From positions 64,001 through 128,000 of IMG/VR virus record IMGVR_UViG_3300001598_001658: a stretch of 64,000 nt of DNA; one strand, 5' to 3'. This document shows, in pieces, positions 10,153 to 20,175 of the stretch. The first letter of the stretch is position 1. Every line of letters begins with the position of its first letter. The notes beneath the pieces were generated by a model. That model did not search any database. It was not told the DNA's origin and was given only the letters and a program-made list of their open reading frames with translations. A program made the translations under genes and the position numbers. This DNA comes from a virus. Taxonomy: Duplodnaviria; Caudoviricetes.

Positions 10153-11550
10153 TTACATTACTCCTCTCTTCATCATCATTGTCATGAGATCTACCATTTT
10201 TTCGTTAGGATCTTTGCTTCCTTTAGACATATCTTTAGTTCTAATTAATAATGGTTTTTTAAATCCATTAAAATAGAAAGTCATGATATCATTTTCGGAA
10301 TCTAACACACCGATACAAAGAAGACCAAGATGCTGAAGAATATCCCACATAATTTTTTCATTTTTCAATAAGAATCCATATTTCATTTTAGATGATCTTT
10401 CGAGTTCATCTACTGTCATAATAATAGAAGCTGTAGGTAAATAATTTGATGTAGCAGATACAATATCTTTACCTTTATTTGAAAGTGCAGATGCAATGAT
10501 ACCAATACGTTTAGCTCTATTTTTTTCTTTTCTAGCCATAAATTGCTGATACCACGGATGCTGACCAAAAGTTTCATAAAGTTTCTGATCGCGTTTAATT
10601 CTATCCATATTAAACATAAAATCTTTAAAGAATGAAATTTCTCCACTAGTAAGTTTAACTATACGAGTTAAAAGACGACGATCTTCAACAGCAGAATCAA
10701 ATAAAGCAGCCAAATCGCTAGATTTTAAGAAATGAGGCGATGCTTTCAAAGCAATAGGTACAGTGAATGTACTATCATATCCTTTGATTTTAAGATTTAA
10801 TGTAATCATAGTTGGGGCAGCATTACCTAATTTTTTTTCAAGATTTTCAAGCTTACTATCGAGTTTCATATCTTTATCGTTAAGATAGATAGTTTCGTCT
10901 GTTTGATCATATGGATTAGCCACTACATCATATTTCTTTTCTCTATCTTCATTCAGTTTTCTCAAACTAGAATTTATATCATCAAATCGTCTATTATTTT
11001 TATTTTGTGATTTTAATATTTCTTCATTTTGATCACTTAAAATCTGCTGATTATTCATGATATCAGCATGATCATTCTCAAGAGTATCGAGACGTTTATT
11101 TATATTATTATTATTTCCACCTTTTGCTTCCATCGAATATTTGTATTCCTCAAAGAAATCTTTATTTTCTTCGCTAAACATGTCATACCAAGATTTAACA
11201 TCATTTGGGTTAACAGTTTTAAATGAAAGAGAAACTGAATCAACAGATTCTGCAGAAATACTATTAAGATATTGAGCAATATCTCCGTTTTCAACAGAAG
11301 GATTTAAACCTACCGTCATGAGTGTAAAGATACCGTATTGTAATTCAAGAAATTTTGAAATATTAAAATCAGTATCGAGATCAGCCATTCCGCTAGAAAA
11401 AAGAACAGGATATACAAAGATTGATTTTCTGGCACGTTCTGTAATTGATTTTGTATTATTCAGAGCTCGTGCCATACTAGTAACGTCAGCATTATCTGCT
11501 ACTTTACCTGCAACGGAAATGGCGTCCATAATTGCGCTAAATGGGCCCAT
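10153..11550 (-). CDS. putative virion structural protein (465 aa)
   Basis: SAE and SME motifs; AAGGAG RBS; AACAATTATATA late motif at 11596-11585. Confidence 0.55.
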   Translation of the reverse strand: MGPFSAIMDAISVAGKVADNADVTSMARALNNTKSITERARKSIFVYPVLFSSGMADLDTDFNISKFLELQYGIFTLMTVGLNPSVENGDIAQYLNSISAESVDSVSLSFKTVNPNDVKSWYDMFSEENKDFFEEYKYSMEAKGGNNNNINKRLDTLENDHADIMNNQQILSDQNEEILKSQNKNNRRFDDINSSLRKLNEDREKKYDVVANPYDQTDETIYLNDKDMKLDSKLENLEKKLGNAAPTMITLNLKIKGYDSTFTVPIALKASPHFLKSSDLAALFDSAVEDRRLLTRIVKLTSGEISFFKDFMFNMDRIKRDQKLYETFGQHPWYQQFMARKEKNRAKRIGIIASALSNKGKDIVSATSNYLPTASIIMTVDELERSSKMKYGFLLKNEKIMWDILQHLGLLCIGVLDSENDIMTFYFNGFKKPLLIRTKDMSKGSKDPNEKMVDLMTMMMKRGVM

Positions 11551-11617
11551 ATATATCTCCTTTTAAAAATATTTTAAGTTATTATATATAATTGTTTTAT
11601 AGAATAAAATAAACAAT

Positions 11618-11882
11618 AAACAGTAGGAATTTATAGTGGAAAATATGAGGGACAAAACTGGAAATCACAAAGAAGTGATGATAAAAATGATGTATTTGCA
11701 GAAGCTTTTGGAACGATAAAATCGTAATTTTGTTTTTTGATGAATTAGTACAGAAAACAGTAGGAATTTACAGTGGAAAATAAGGGGTATAAGGCTAAAA
11801 ATCATCAAAGAATGATGAAAAAATAAGCTACCCCTTTTTTTGCCGTGGAAATTACTGTGGGGTCTAAATAAGGGGGTAGGGA
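11618..11882. repeat. imperfect direct repeats in a 350-bp intergenic gap
   Basis: AAACAGTAGGAATTTA(T/C)AGTGGAAAATA at 11618-11645 and 11755-11782; partial copy GTGGAAATTACTGTGG near 11845. Confidence 0.75.
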
Positions 11883-11906
11883 TTACTATTAAAAATTAAT
11901 CAGGTA

Positions 11907-12182
11907 TTAACATAGATGTAGAGTGATTTTATAGCCGGGTAATTCTAGACAATCGAAGTCTGTTTTATCCGGCGTTATTAGTTGAAATGATCCAATGAAA
12001 AGCTTGTCTTCGTTTGTTAAATTTGTTGTTGCGAAAATCGTTTCAACAAATTTGATCATCGATTTTTTATCCGAAACTTCGACACCAGAGAAAATCTTTG
12101 AAATTGAAGGAGAAATTTTATCTCCTATTTTCATTTTTTCTTCAATTACATATTTCACGTAATTTGAATCCCAACAAGCCAT
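11907..12182 (-). CDS. hypothetical protein (91 aa)
   Basis: Likely start ATG 12182 (MACWDS...) after AAGGAGG. Confidence 0.7.
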   Translation of the reverse strand: MACWDSNYVKYVIEEKMKIGDKISPSISKIFSGVEVSDKKSMIKFVETIFATTNLTNEDKLFIGSFQLITPDKTDFDCLELPGYKITLHLC

Positions 12183-12260
12183 TTTTGGCCTCCTTATAAT
12201 ATTAAAATTATTTTTAGTCAGTAGTGATGAACCACACATTTTACTGTACGGTTCCCAACA
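12180..12260 (-). repeat. conserved leader hairpin element, copy 2
   Basis: TGTTGGGAACCGTACAGTAAAATGTGTGGTTCATCACTA...AAAAATAATTTTAA...AAGGAGGCCAAAAATG. Confidence 0.85.
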
Positions 12261-12270
12261 GAATAGAAAA

Positions 12271-12304
12271 AATAAAGCTAGGATGTAAAATCCTAGCTTT
12301 ATTT
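12271..12304 (-). terminator. intrinsic terminator
   Basis: AATAAAGCTAGGAT / ATCCTAGCTTTATT. Confidence 0.7.
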
Positions 12305-12305
12305 A

Positions 12306-12524
12306 TTATTTGCGTTTAGAAAAATAACTTTTATTTCTACGTGGTGCACACACAAGAGTAGAGATTTCCTTTCTAACACTAGGTTCCGGTTTTTTATCTC
12401 TATCACTTATCACCTGATCCAATCGACGTTCAAATGAATCCTGAAGTACATCCATTGCATATTCATCGACAGGTTTGCGACCACCAAAAGGTTTACTGGG
12501 TCCATTTTCATAATCATCTAGCAT
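12306..12524 (-). CDS. hypothetical protein (72 aa)
   Basis: AAGGAG RBS, TATATTAT motif (12571-12564) and a downstream terminator. Confidence 0.7.
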   Translation of the reverse strand: MLDDYENGPSKPFGGRKPVDEYAMDVLQDSFERRLDQVISDRDKKPEPSVRKEISTLVCAPRRNKSYFSKRK

Positions 12525-12620
12525 ATATAATTAATCTCCTTTTATATTAATTTCTTCTATTAAATAATATATTTATAATTTCATTTTTTAATATGTAAAA
12601 ACAACTCTATATAACATATA

Positions 12621-14123
12621 ATGAAAAAAATAATGGAGTTTGATATGTCTAAAGATTTACCAGATCCATATGGAGATAATTATAATAGTGATAAATATAC
12701 TATTCCCGCATCAGATGATCAATATGAACTTTATGCAAATAAAGAGAATAGTTTTGAAGATCCATTTGGTCCTTTACAAAAAGGAGATTTGGGTGGAGGT
12801 CCAGAAACTTTAGTTGAATCTGACGATAATTATTATAAAGAAGTTTATTCTTTGTATTCAAATGTTTTGGATGCAAATGGTATGAACTTATTAGATCCAT
12901 ATATGGGCTACATGACGCATTTTAATAAAATGCAAAGATTAAACATTGATCCTCCATATGGAGGAAAGACTTATATTTTTATAACTCGTCCAGATTTAAA
13001 TTTCTGGAGAAATCCAACCGGTGTTCATAATGTCGAAACTGTTGATTTATTTTCATATTTTTCAAGAATGAATATTGGCATTTCTACAATGCCTTGGTTG
13101 ATGTTTCCTCACGATATGGAACTTGAATTTGTAAAAGGTGGCGAGAAAGAAAGAACAATTCGAAATCGAATTGGACCTATTCAGTTATTTGAATTTAAAA
13201 ATGGTATTGAATCGGATAACTCATTTAAAAACAATGCGTTTACTCCATTCATTCCTATTTTAAGTAATACTTGTACATCCTCCAGTGGCGGTCAGGATCT
13301 TTCATTAGAAACTGAAGAAACAGAAGGAGACTTACATGGAAATAAATTGCAATATGCAAAAGGAGCAGAATCTTCATTTGCACCTGGCGAAATTACTTTA
13401 GAATTTAATGATGTTTGGGGATCACCAGTAATGCATTTGATGAACTTGTGGGTTCATTATATTCATTACTTAACAAAAGGTCATGTAATTACTTGGGAAA
13501 AATATATTCAATATCGTATCTTGGATTATACTTGTAGTATTTATATTTTTGAAACAGATAGAGATAATTCTACTATTTTAAGATGGGCTAAATATACAGG
13601 TTGTTTTCCAAAATCAGTTCCTTTAGGAAATATTCAACACAATATGGAAACTGATGTAGAGCATTTAAGAAAATTATCTATACCATTTGCATATAATAGA
13701 TATGAACCTATGAAACCAGCAGCTTTGATGGATTTTAATTTCTTGATGAATAAATTTATTTTTGATTCAAAAGAAAGTAATAGAAAACGAGTTCTGGATT
13801 TAGGAGCTGCTCCTAGCAAACTTATCTTACCACACGATGGTTATGATATTTCAAATGTATTGAATTTAGATCCTAATGTAAGCAAACCATATCATTATGC
13901 ATATGCTTCGAATCAAGATAAACGTACAGATGATAAAATATTTCTTCCAAATGATACAAATTATTATGATAATAAATTCTGGGGTTCTATTCCATATATT
14001 CTTAATCATAAACTTGTATGGATTGATCCTAAAGTTATGTATGAAAATTATAATGCGATGAAGAAAAGAAGCGATTATATTGATTCTAAAGTCGAAAGTG
14101 AATTTAGAAATATTCCTACTTAA
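12621..14123 (+). CDS. baseplate / tail-tube-like structural protein
   Basis: YIFITRPDLNF, YTCSIYIF and KYTGCFPKSVP motifs typical of tube-fold proteins; upstream of the wedge gene; late motif at 12600-12611; start may be ATG 12645. Confidence 0.6.
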   Translation: MKKIMEFDMSKDLPDPYGDNYNSDKYTIPASDDQYELYANKENSFEDPFGPLQKGDLGGGPETLVESDDNYYKEVYSLYSNVLDANGMNLLDPYMGYMTHFNKMQRLNIDPPYGGKTYIFITRPDLNFWRNPTGVHNVETVDLFSYFSRMNIGISTMPWLMFPHDMELEFVKGGEKERTIRNRIGPIQLFEFKNGIESDNSFKNNAFTPFIPILSNTCTSSSGGQDLSLETEETEGDLHGNKLQYAKGAESSFAPGEITLEFNDVWGSPVMHLMNLWVHYIHYLTKGHVITWEKYIQYRILDYTCSIYIFETDRDNSTILRWAKYTGCFPKSVPLGNIQHNMETDVEHLRKLSIPFAYNRYEPMKPAALMDFNFLMNKFIFDSKESNRKRVLDLGAAPSKLILPHDGYDISNVLNLDPNVSKPYHYAYASNQDKRTDDKIFLPNDTNYYDNKFWGSIPYILNHKLVWIDPKVMYENYNAMKKRSDYIDSKVESEFRNIPT

Positions 14124-14153
14124 TATAAATAAAATGATTTAAGGAGTTAAAGA

Positions 14154-17100
14154 ATGTCATCCGAAAGAGAAACTAATGAAGAAGAGGCATTGAAAAAATT
14201 AGGTGCGGTAAAAAGTAATTATGCACTTATTGATTTAGCCGCTTCGCAAATAGAAAATCGATTATTGACTGATGACGAAGTGATGAACGATAACCCTGCA
14301 AGTTTTACTAATATTTTCTTAGAAAATTTTGGTAGATTAACTTCTCAATCGTTTTATGAACAGATGATGTATAAAAATGAAATGACTGCATCGACAGCTA
14401 TTAAAATGCGTTCGCTCGTAAATAAATTAAAAGCTGAAGATATTGCTAATATTTATGCTTACCCTGCTCATATGACATTTGTTTTAGGATATAATTATGA
14501 TAGACTCGTAGAATTAGCCAAAGCAAATGGAAATCAAATCGTTATCAATAAAAATTGTAAATTTAGTATGGATGGTCAAGAAGCATTTACACTTGATCAC
14601 AATATTAAAATTATATTAGTGAATCCTGGAACTAAAAATCAGAATGTTTATGCTATATATGACACCGCTGGTTATGACACTTCTAGAGATTCAAAATTAA
14701 CAGAAGTGAATAATAAATATATTACATCACAAATATTTCAATATAATGGTGTAAAAGTATTTGGTATGTTTGTTAATGCAAGACAACTTGTAAGAACAGA
14801 GAATGTGATAAATATAACAAGCGAAAATCCGGATTTTCAAATTACATTTGAAGATCAATTATATGGATTTGAACTTTATTATAAGTCAAATAGTTCATCA
14901 AAATACGTATACAAAGAAGGAAAGTTTGATGGTAATTTTATAAATAATGGATATAATTTTGAAATTGATAATGAAGAAAAAACTATCAGTTTTACATTTA
15001 ATAGAATTCCTAATACTTGGTCGCCTGTAATTGGTGATGAAATTAAATTGGTCGTATTTACCACTAAAGGTAAATCTGCTAATTTTACAATTCCTAATGT
15101 ATATGAATTATATGATCAAATTGTTTTTGAATATGAACAAGATCGCGATGATCCTAAACAAGATTGTTTAGTATTTACAGATCCATATATCTCATTAAAA
15201 GATAATGGTGCAACTGGGGGAAGAGACGCTCTTTCATTTAATGAAATTAGATCTCTTGTTATACAAAGAGGAGCAAATTCTTCTATATTAACTCCTGGCG
15301 ATCTTGAACGTAAAGCAAATGAATTAGGTTTTGCCGTAAATAAAATTCGCAGTGATGTAAGATGTTTGGAATATAGAGCTTCTGGAATTCTTGAATCTTT
15401 ACCGGATATTGTTTCTTCACGCGATTCTACGATATCATTCAATTTCTTAGATATACCTCTCAATCCTGAAGTATCAAACAGATTGATAACTCCAAAGATG
15501 GTATTTGAAATGAATAAAAATAATTCTCATTGTGAATACGTTAAAGATGCAGAGGATTATGAAACTTATTTTGATGAATTTAGAGATAATATTAAAAATC
15601 AGTATATGTTTCCATATCATATTAGATTCTTGGCTACAAATGAAGTTAAAGCTAGTATATTCAATATGAATAGAAATAATGATATTTATAATTTAAATTT
15701 CTTATATTATAATACAAATACAAATTTTGAATCTAGTATTTTAAATTTATATGTAAATAGAAATACTATTATCGAAAATATAAATGATATTCCTAAAAAG
15801 ATTACTTCTAAATCTGTAGGCTATTATGATTTATCCTTCCAAGTTACAACGTCAAATGTTGTTATTAGTAATTTGTTGGACGAAGAGTCTACTGATATTG
15901 TAAAATACAGATTAACAATTAAAGATGATGGAAGAGAATTCTTAGTTGAATCGGAAATTAAACCTGAAGAAATAGATGTAGATAATAATACTCTTATTAT
16001 TCATGCATATATTAGAACCGATGACGCGATTTCAAATTCAAATAAGTTATTATCTAGAGATTATTCATTACAACCAGTTCCTTTTGTAACTAATCCTATT
16101 GAATATTATGGTATTTCGGATAAAGTTTCTGTAAAAATTTATGTTATTGAAAAAACATCAACTACAGATATCATATCTTCTGAATACGAAAGTATTCTTA
16201 AAGATGAAGAAAAAACAAATGGATATTTTGTTTCAACCGTTTACGGAATTGATGAAATTGTATTATTTGAAGATTATACAGATTACTTCTCTTTACCTTC
16301 AGATATTTCTGTTTCACAAAAAGAATATTCTAGATATGAATCGGATGTATATAAAGTATATGAATCTGATGAATATGTAACAAATGAAAATGGAGAAATT
16401 GTTACAGAACTCGTAAAAATAAAAATTGGTGATACTTATATCACTACACCTGTATCTAAAATTCTTCATGAAAAAGGTTCATATGTTTATAAATCAAATG
16501 TAGAAATGAGTATATCTACACTTAAAGAAATTGCTTCTATTATTTATGATGATAATGAATACGAAACTTATTCTTTAGATACACTCGCTTCCCTTATTAA
16601 ACTTGACATTGGTGAAATGAATGATGAAACTTTAGTTTTATATTTAAAGAAATTCCTTGATTTAAATTATACTATCGTAGATGATGATACTAATGCATCA
16701 TATAAAGTATTGAAAAATACCGATAATAATGAATTTATTTCGGAAGAAGTTAAAAAAGAACTTCAGAATAAATTAAATGAATATAGAACAAAAATCATCG
16801 TACATCATGCTGGTGATATAAATACAGATGGTGCATTATTAAAGAATGAATCATATAGTGCAATTATTAAGAAAGTTCCTTTGTATAATCGTATTTATGC
16901 ATTAGGAAATGGACACGAAATGATTTTGGAATCTTATGAAAATTTGATTTCAAACATTAAAAGTCTTCAAACGCTTGCTCCTGATGGTGCTAGTATCAGT
17001 CTTGGTATTAAAAATACATCTGGTTCTGGGGACTATGAAGTATTTAATATGAATACTTCATCATGGCAAAAAATTGATGATATTTCATTATCATTTGAAA

Positions 17101-17444
17101 TCGGTGTTAAATATATCGATTCAGCATCAAACGATACTGAAGCAGATAGTCAAATTATTGTCGAAGCGATCAGAGATTACATCAATACATTTGATGATAT
17201 TTCTTTTGGTATAAATACTATATTCGAAACAGTGAAAGATAAACTTCCATCGATCGAGTATATGATTTTATATAAAATCAATCAATATTCGCCTGCAGAA
17301 GTGCAATCTATCAGAAAAGCAAATGGTAATTCTATCGTATCTGATAAGTTGTGTGTAAAACAAGTTGTTGATATTGATAATACAGACCTTAAAAATGGTA
17401 TTGTATCATTCAAACCGGATATTACAATCCGAACTATATTATAA
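14154..17444 (+). CDS. baseplate wedge protein (T4 gp6-like)
   Basis: STAIKMRSL, TTKG..ANF and ATGGRDALSFNEIR...TPGDLE motifs of baseplate wedge proteins. Confidence 0.65.
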   Translation: MSSERETNEEEALKKLGAVKSNYALIDLAASQIENRLLTDDEVMNDNPASFTNIFLENFGRLTSQSFYEQMMYKNEMTASTAIKMRSLVNKLKAEDIANIYAYPAHMTFVLGYNYDRLVELAKANGNQIVINKNCKFSMDGQEAFTLDHNIKIILVNPGTKNQNVYAIYDTAGYDTSRDSKLTEVNNKYITSQIFQYNGVKVFGMFVNARQLVRTENVINITSENPDFQITFEDQLYGFELYYKSNSSSKYVYKEGKFDGNFINNGYNFEIDNEEKTISFTFNRIPNTWSPVIGDEIKLVVFTTKGKSANFTIPNVYELYDQIVFEYEQDRDDPKQDCLVFTDPYISLKDNGATGGRDALSFNEIRSLVIQRGANSSILTPGDLERKANELGFAVNKIRSDVRCLEYRASGILESLPDIVSSRDSTISFNFLDIPLNPEVSNRLITPKMVFEMNKNNSHCEYVKDAEDYETYFDEFRDNIKNQYMFPYHIRFLATNEVKASIFNMNRNNDIYNLNFLYYNTNTNFESSILNLYVNRNTIIENINDIPKKITSKSVGYYDLSFQVTTSNVVISNLLDEESTDIVKYRLTIKDDGREFLVESEIKPEEIDVDNNTLIIHAYIRTDDAISNSNKLLSRDYSLQPVPFVTNPIEYYGISDKVSVKIYVIEKTSTTDIISSEYESILKDEEKTNGYFVSTVYGIDEIVLFEDYTDYFSLPSDISVSQKEYSRYESDVYKVYESDEYVTNENGEIVTELVKIKIGDTYITTPVSKILHEKGSYVYKSNVEMSISTLKEIASIIYDDNEYETYSLDTLASLIKLDIGEMNDETLVLYLKKFLDLNYTIVDDDTNASYKVLKNTDNNEFISEEVKKELQNKLNEYRTKIIVHHAGDINTDGALLKNESYSAIIKKVPLYNRIYALGNGHEMILESYENLISNIKSLQTLAPDGASISLGIKNTSGSGDYEVFNMNTSSWQKIDDISLSFEIGVKYIDSASNDTEADSQIIVEAIRDYINTFDDISFGINTIFETVKDKLPSIEYMILYKINQYSPAEVQSIRKANGNSIVSDKLCVKQVVDIDNTDLKNGIVSFKPDITIRTIL

Positions 17445-17459
17445 GGAGTATAAGTAAAA

Positions 17460-20117
17460 ATGGAACAGTTACTTAATGCTGATGGATCTCCATCATTCAC
17501 TACAATCAGTGATTTAAGAACAAATTTTGAAGAAAGCTTCGCTAAGAAACAACTCGGTGCAGCTATGAAAGATATTGTTGTAAAATCAATTGATAATATT
17601 GAAAATAATAATGTCGAAGGCGTATTAGCTGATGAAAAAATTAGAAATATTGTAACTAATGGAATCGGTGAAATTGCAGATAAAGCATATACAAATGATG
17701 AACTTAATGGAAGTTCATATCTTGGTGGGCTTAAAGGAATCGTTAAAGAATTTGCAGGTATGGAAGCAAATTACCGTGAAGACCTTGCAAATGCTATTCT
17801 TTCCGTTGAATCAAACAAAGCTATTGCTGGTGGAAAAATTCAGGAACTTTTCTCAGTTGAAAATCTGAAGTTTACATCTCCTGAACTCAATAAACGTTTT
17901 ATCGATGAAATCAATTTTAAATTTGGAAACGAAGCAGATGAAATTGTAACAGAAATCGGTAAAGATGTAGGTGCTGCAATTGCTGAAGCTGAAGAAAAGA
18001 ATGTAATTATCAATGAAACAAGTAAAGTTATTCAGGATCAGAAAGATGAAATTCGTGAAGAACTTTCAACAACTGAAGAAGATGAAGATGAAGAAAATAA
18101 AAACGAATCAGAAAACGATGAAGAATTTGATGATTCGGAAGATAATGGTGAAGAACCTGAAAACAATGATGAAAATGAAACTTCTGAAGAAGGATATGAA
18201 ATGGGAACTGAACGATTAATCGGGTTAAATTCGGATGAACGTGCAGATGCTCTTAAATTCTTAGATTCTCAAAAAGGAAAAATTGAAAAGTCATTTAAAG
18301 ATTTTTATGCTAAACTTTCAAAGGAATATGATAAACTTCTTAATAATAAAGATGAAAAATATCATTTTAAACCTTATTTTGAGAATGAAAAAGATTTCAG
18401 TGAAGAATTTAATGAACGATTAGATAAAATTTATAATGGTATTCATAATAAAAAAGGTTTATTTGGAAATAGTAGAAATTCATTCAAAATGAAACTTTGT
18501 AATATTCGCGGAATTAGTAATTCTAAATATATCATTTCTTGTCTTTTGGCATGTATTCCATACATCGGATGGATCGGAACATATGCAATTGTTCTTTCCG
18601 ATGAAGATGAAAAGAAAGCAAATAAAGTTGTTAAGGAAACAGTTAATGCAGCATCATCTGTTATGGAAACAAAAATTTATATTCGTCAAGGTTTAAACGA
18701 CGGTGAACATGTAACTTATGATTTATTCCTTAAAATAAAAATAAATCTCAAAAAATTCTGGCAAAAAGGTGGACTCGAAGATTATGATTCTGAAGTGCTC
18801 GATATCGAGAATAAACTCAACGATTCTCTTCAGACCGATATTGAAAACGGAAAAGTTATGATTGGAGAACCAGATATCAATCCGGACACCGGTGAGATTA
18901 TCAATGTATCAGATCATACAGAGGAAGAAATTGTTGGTCACGAAGAACCTGATGCTGTACCGGATCAGATTACATCATCGAATCTCGATGAAACTCCTGA
19001 TGCTATTGTTGACGATACTATTCAGACAGAAACTGATGTAGGAACTGAATCTAAAGAATATTTATCATATCTCTATGGTAATAATAATATTGCTAAAGTT
19101 GTTGTTCCACTTTCACCAACACGTCTTGATACTCTCGAAATTCCACAGGCAAAATCGCTCGCATCTATTTTTGCAAAAGGACATGAATCACTTGATTCGC
19201 TCGAATCTGTTGTAACTGCACGTTTTGATATTCTTGAAGATATTGTAAAACGTGAAAATGATGAAGAACTTACACAAAAGTTCAATACATATAAAGCAAC
19301 AGCAACTGAAGCTTTTGAAAATGCTGCTCGCATTCAAAGTGCCTTTGGAGCCGTTGGTCTTACAGCAAAAGGACCAATTGATGCAGATTCTGCTTCAATC
19401 TATATTGCATCAAAAACTTACAAATATTTTGATGGTAATTTAAAGGTTAAAAACATTACTCCAAAGAAATCATTTGAATCTCTTACTGATGCAATCGATG
19501 CGGCTTTTGATATTGCTGTAGTAAAAGACACTGCACGTAAAGCAAAAAATAATGATGATCTTATTGCTCTCGCAAAAGATTTATCTGGTCGTGAAGATCT
19601 TTTCTGGAACAATGTTCTTGATCTTACAGAAAGCGCTGATAAGGATAAGATTAAAAATATCCCTCAGCTTGCTGATCTTGACATTGATACAAAAGCTCTT
19701 ATTGAAGACACATATCTTGAAAATTTGAAGATTGCAATTGATACAGTAAAAGTTACACCACCTGGAAAAACTGAATCTGAAATCAATGAAGAAATCTACA
19801 GAAAATCAAAAGAAAAGATCGAGTCATTCCTCGGTAAAGACATCAATATAGAACAGGATGAAATCATTCGTGCTATTATTGATGGACGTGATACAAGTGA
19901 CTTCGCTCCTACACCATTTGAAAAATTTGTTATCAAATTCGGAACAGATAAAGTTCTTGAAAAAGATGGCGGAAAAGATTTTGAAATTGGTCAGGAATCT
20001 GCAAATGAAGTTAAAAATATGGCAATTGTATCTTGTGTTCTTAATCAGTTTGTAGATAAACTCAATCCAATGAATGAAACAGATACAAAAGAATTTAAAA
20101 AATATATTGGTGCATAA
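17460..20117 (+). CDS. acidic virion/head protein precursor with many [G/S]-x-E sites
   Basis: SVE x2, GNE, GYE, GTE x2, GLE, GHE x2, SFE and GQE motifs; in the structural operon. Confidence 0.55.
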   Translation: MEQLLNADGSPSFTTISDLRTNFEESFAKKQLGAAMKDIVVKSIDNIENNNVEGVLADEKIRNIVTNGIGEIADKAYTNDELNGSSYLGGLKGIVKEFAGMEANYREDLANAILSVESNKAIAGGKIQELFSVENLKFTSPELNKRFIDEINFKFGNEADEIVTEIGKDVGAAIAEAEEKNVIINETSKVIQDQKDEIREELSTTEEDEDEENKNESENDEEFDDSEDNGEEPENNDENETSEEGYEMGTERLIGLNSDERADALKFLDSQKGKIEKSFKDFYAKLSKEYDKLLNNKDEKYHFKPYFENEKDFSEEFNERLDKIYNGIHNKKGLFGNSRNSFKMKLCNIRGISNSKYIISCLLACIPYIGWIGTYAIVLSDEDEKKANKVVKETVNAASSVMETKIYIRQGLNDGEHVTYDLFLKIKINLKKFWQKGGLEDYDSEVLDIENKLNDSLQTDIENGKVMIGEPDINPDTGEIINVSDHTEEEIVGHEEPDAVPDQITSSNLDETPDAIVDDTIQTETDVGTESKEYLSYLYGNNNIAKVVVPLSPTRLDTLEIPQAKSLASIFAKGHESLDSLESVVTARFDILEDIVKRENDEELTQKFNTYKATATEAFENAARIQSAFGAVGLTAKGPIDADSASIYIASKTYKYFDGNLKVKNITPKKSFESLTDAIDAAFDIAVVKDTARKAKNNDDLIALAKDLSGREDLFWNNVLDLTESADKDKIKNIPQLADLDIDTKALIEDTYLENLKIAIDTVKVTPPGKTESEINEEIYRKSKEKIESFLGKDINIEQDEIIRAIIDGRDTSDFAPTPFEKFVIKFGTDKVLEKDGGKDFEIGQESANEVKNMAIVSCVLNQFVDKLNPMNETDTKEFKKYIGA

Positions 20118-20131
20118 TCAATAAAAAAAAT

Positions 20132-20168
20132 AATAAACACTACCCATTATAGGGTAGTGTTTATTTTT
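20132..20168. terminator. bidirectional intrinsic terminator
   Basis: AATAAACACTACCC / GGGTAGTGTTTATT. Confidence 0.8.
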
Positions 20169-20175
20169 AATGTTT

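Noticed and set aside
11618-11882. CRISPR mini-array
   Set aside because: Only two full repeats, a 109-nt interval that is itself partly repeated, and no cas genes
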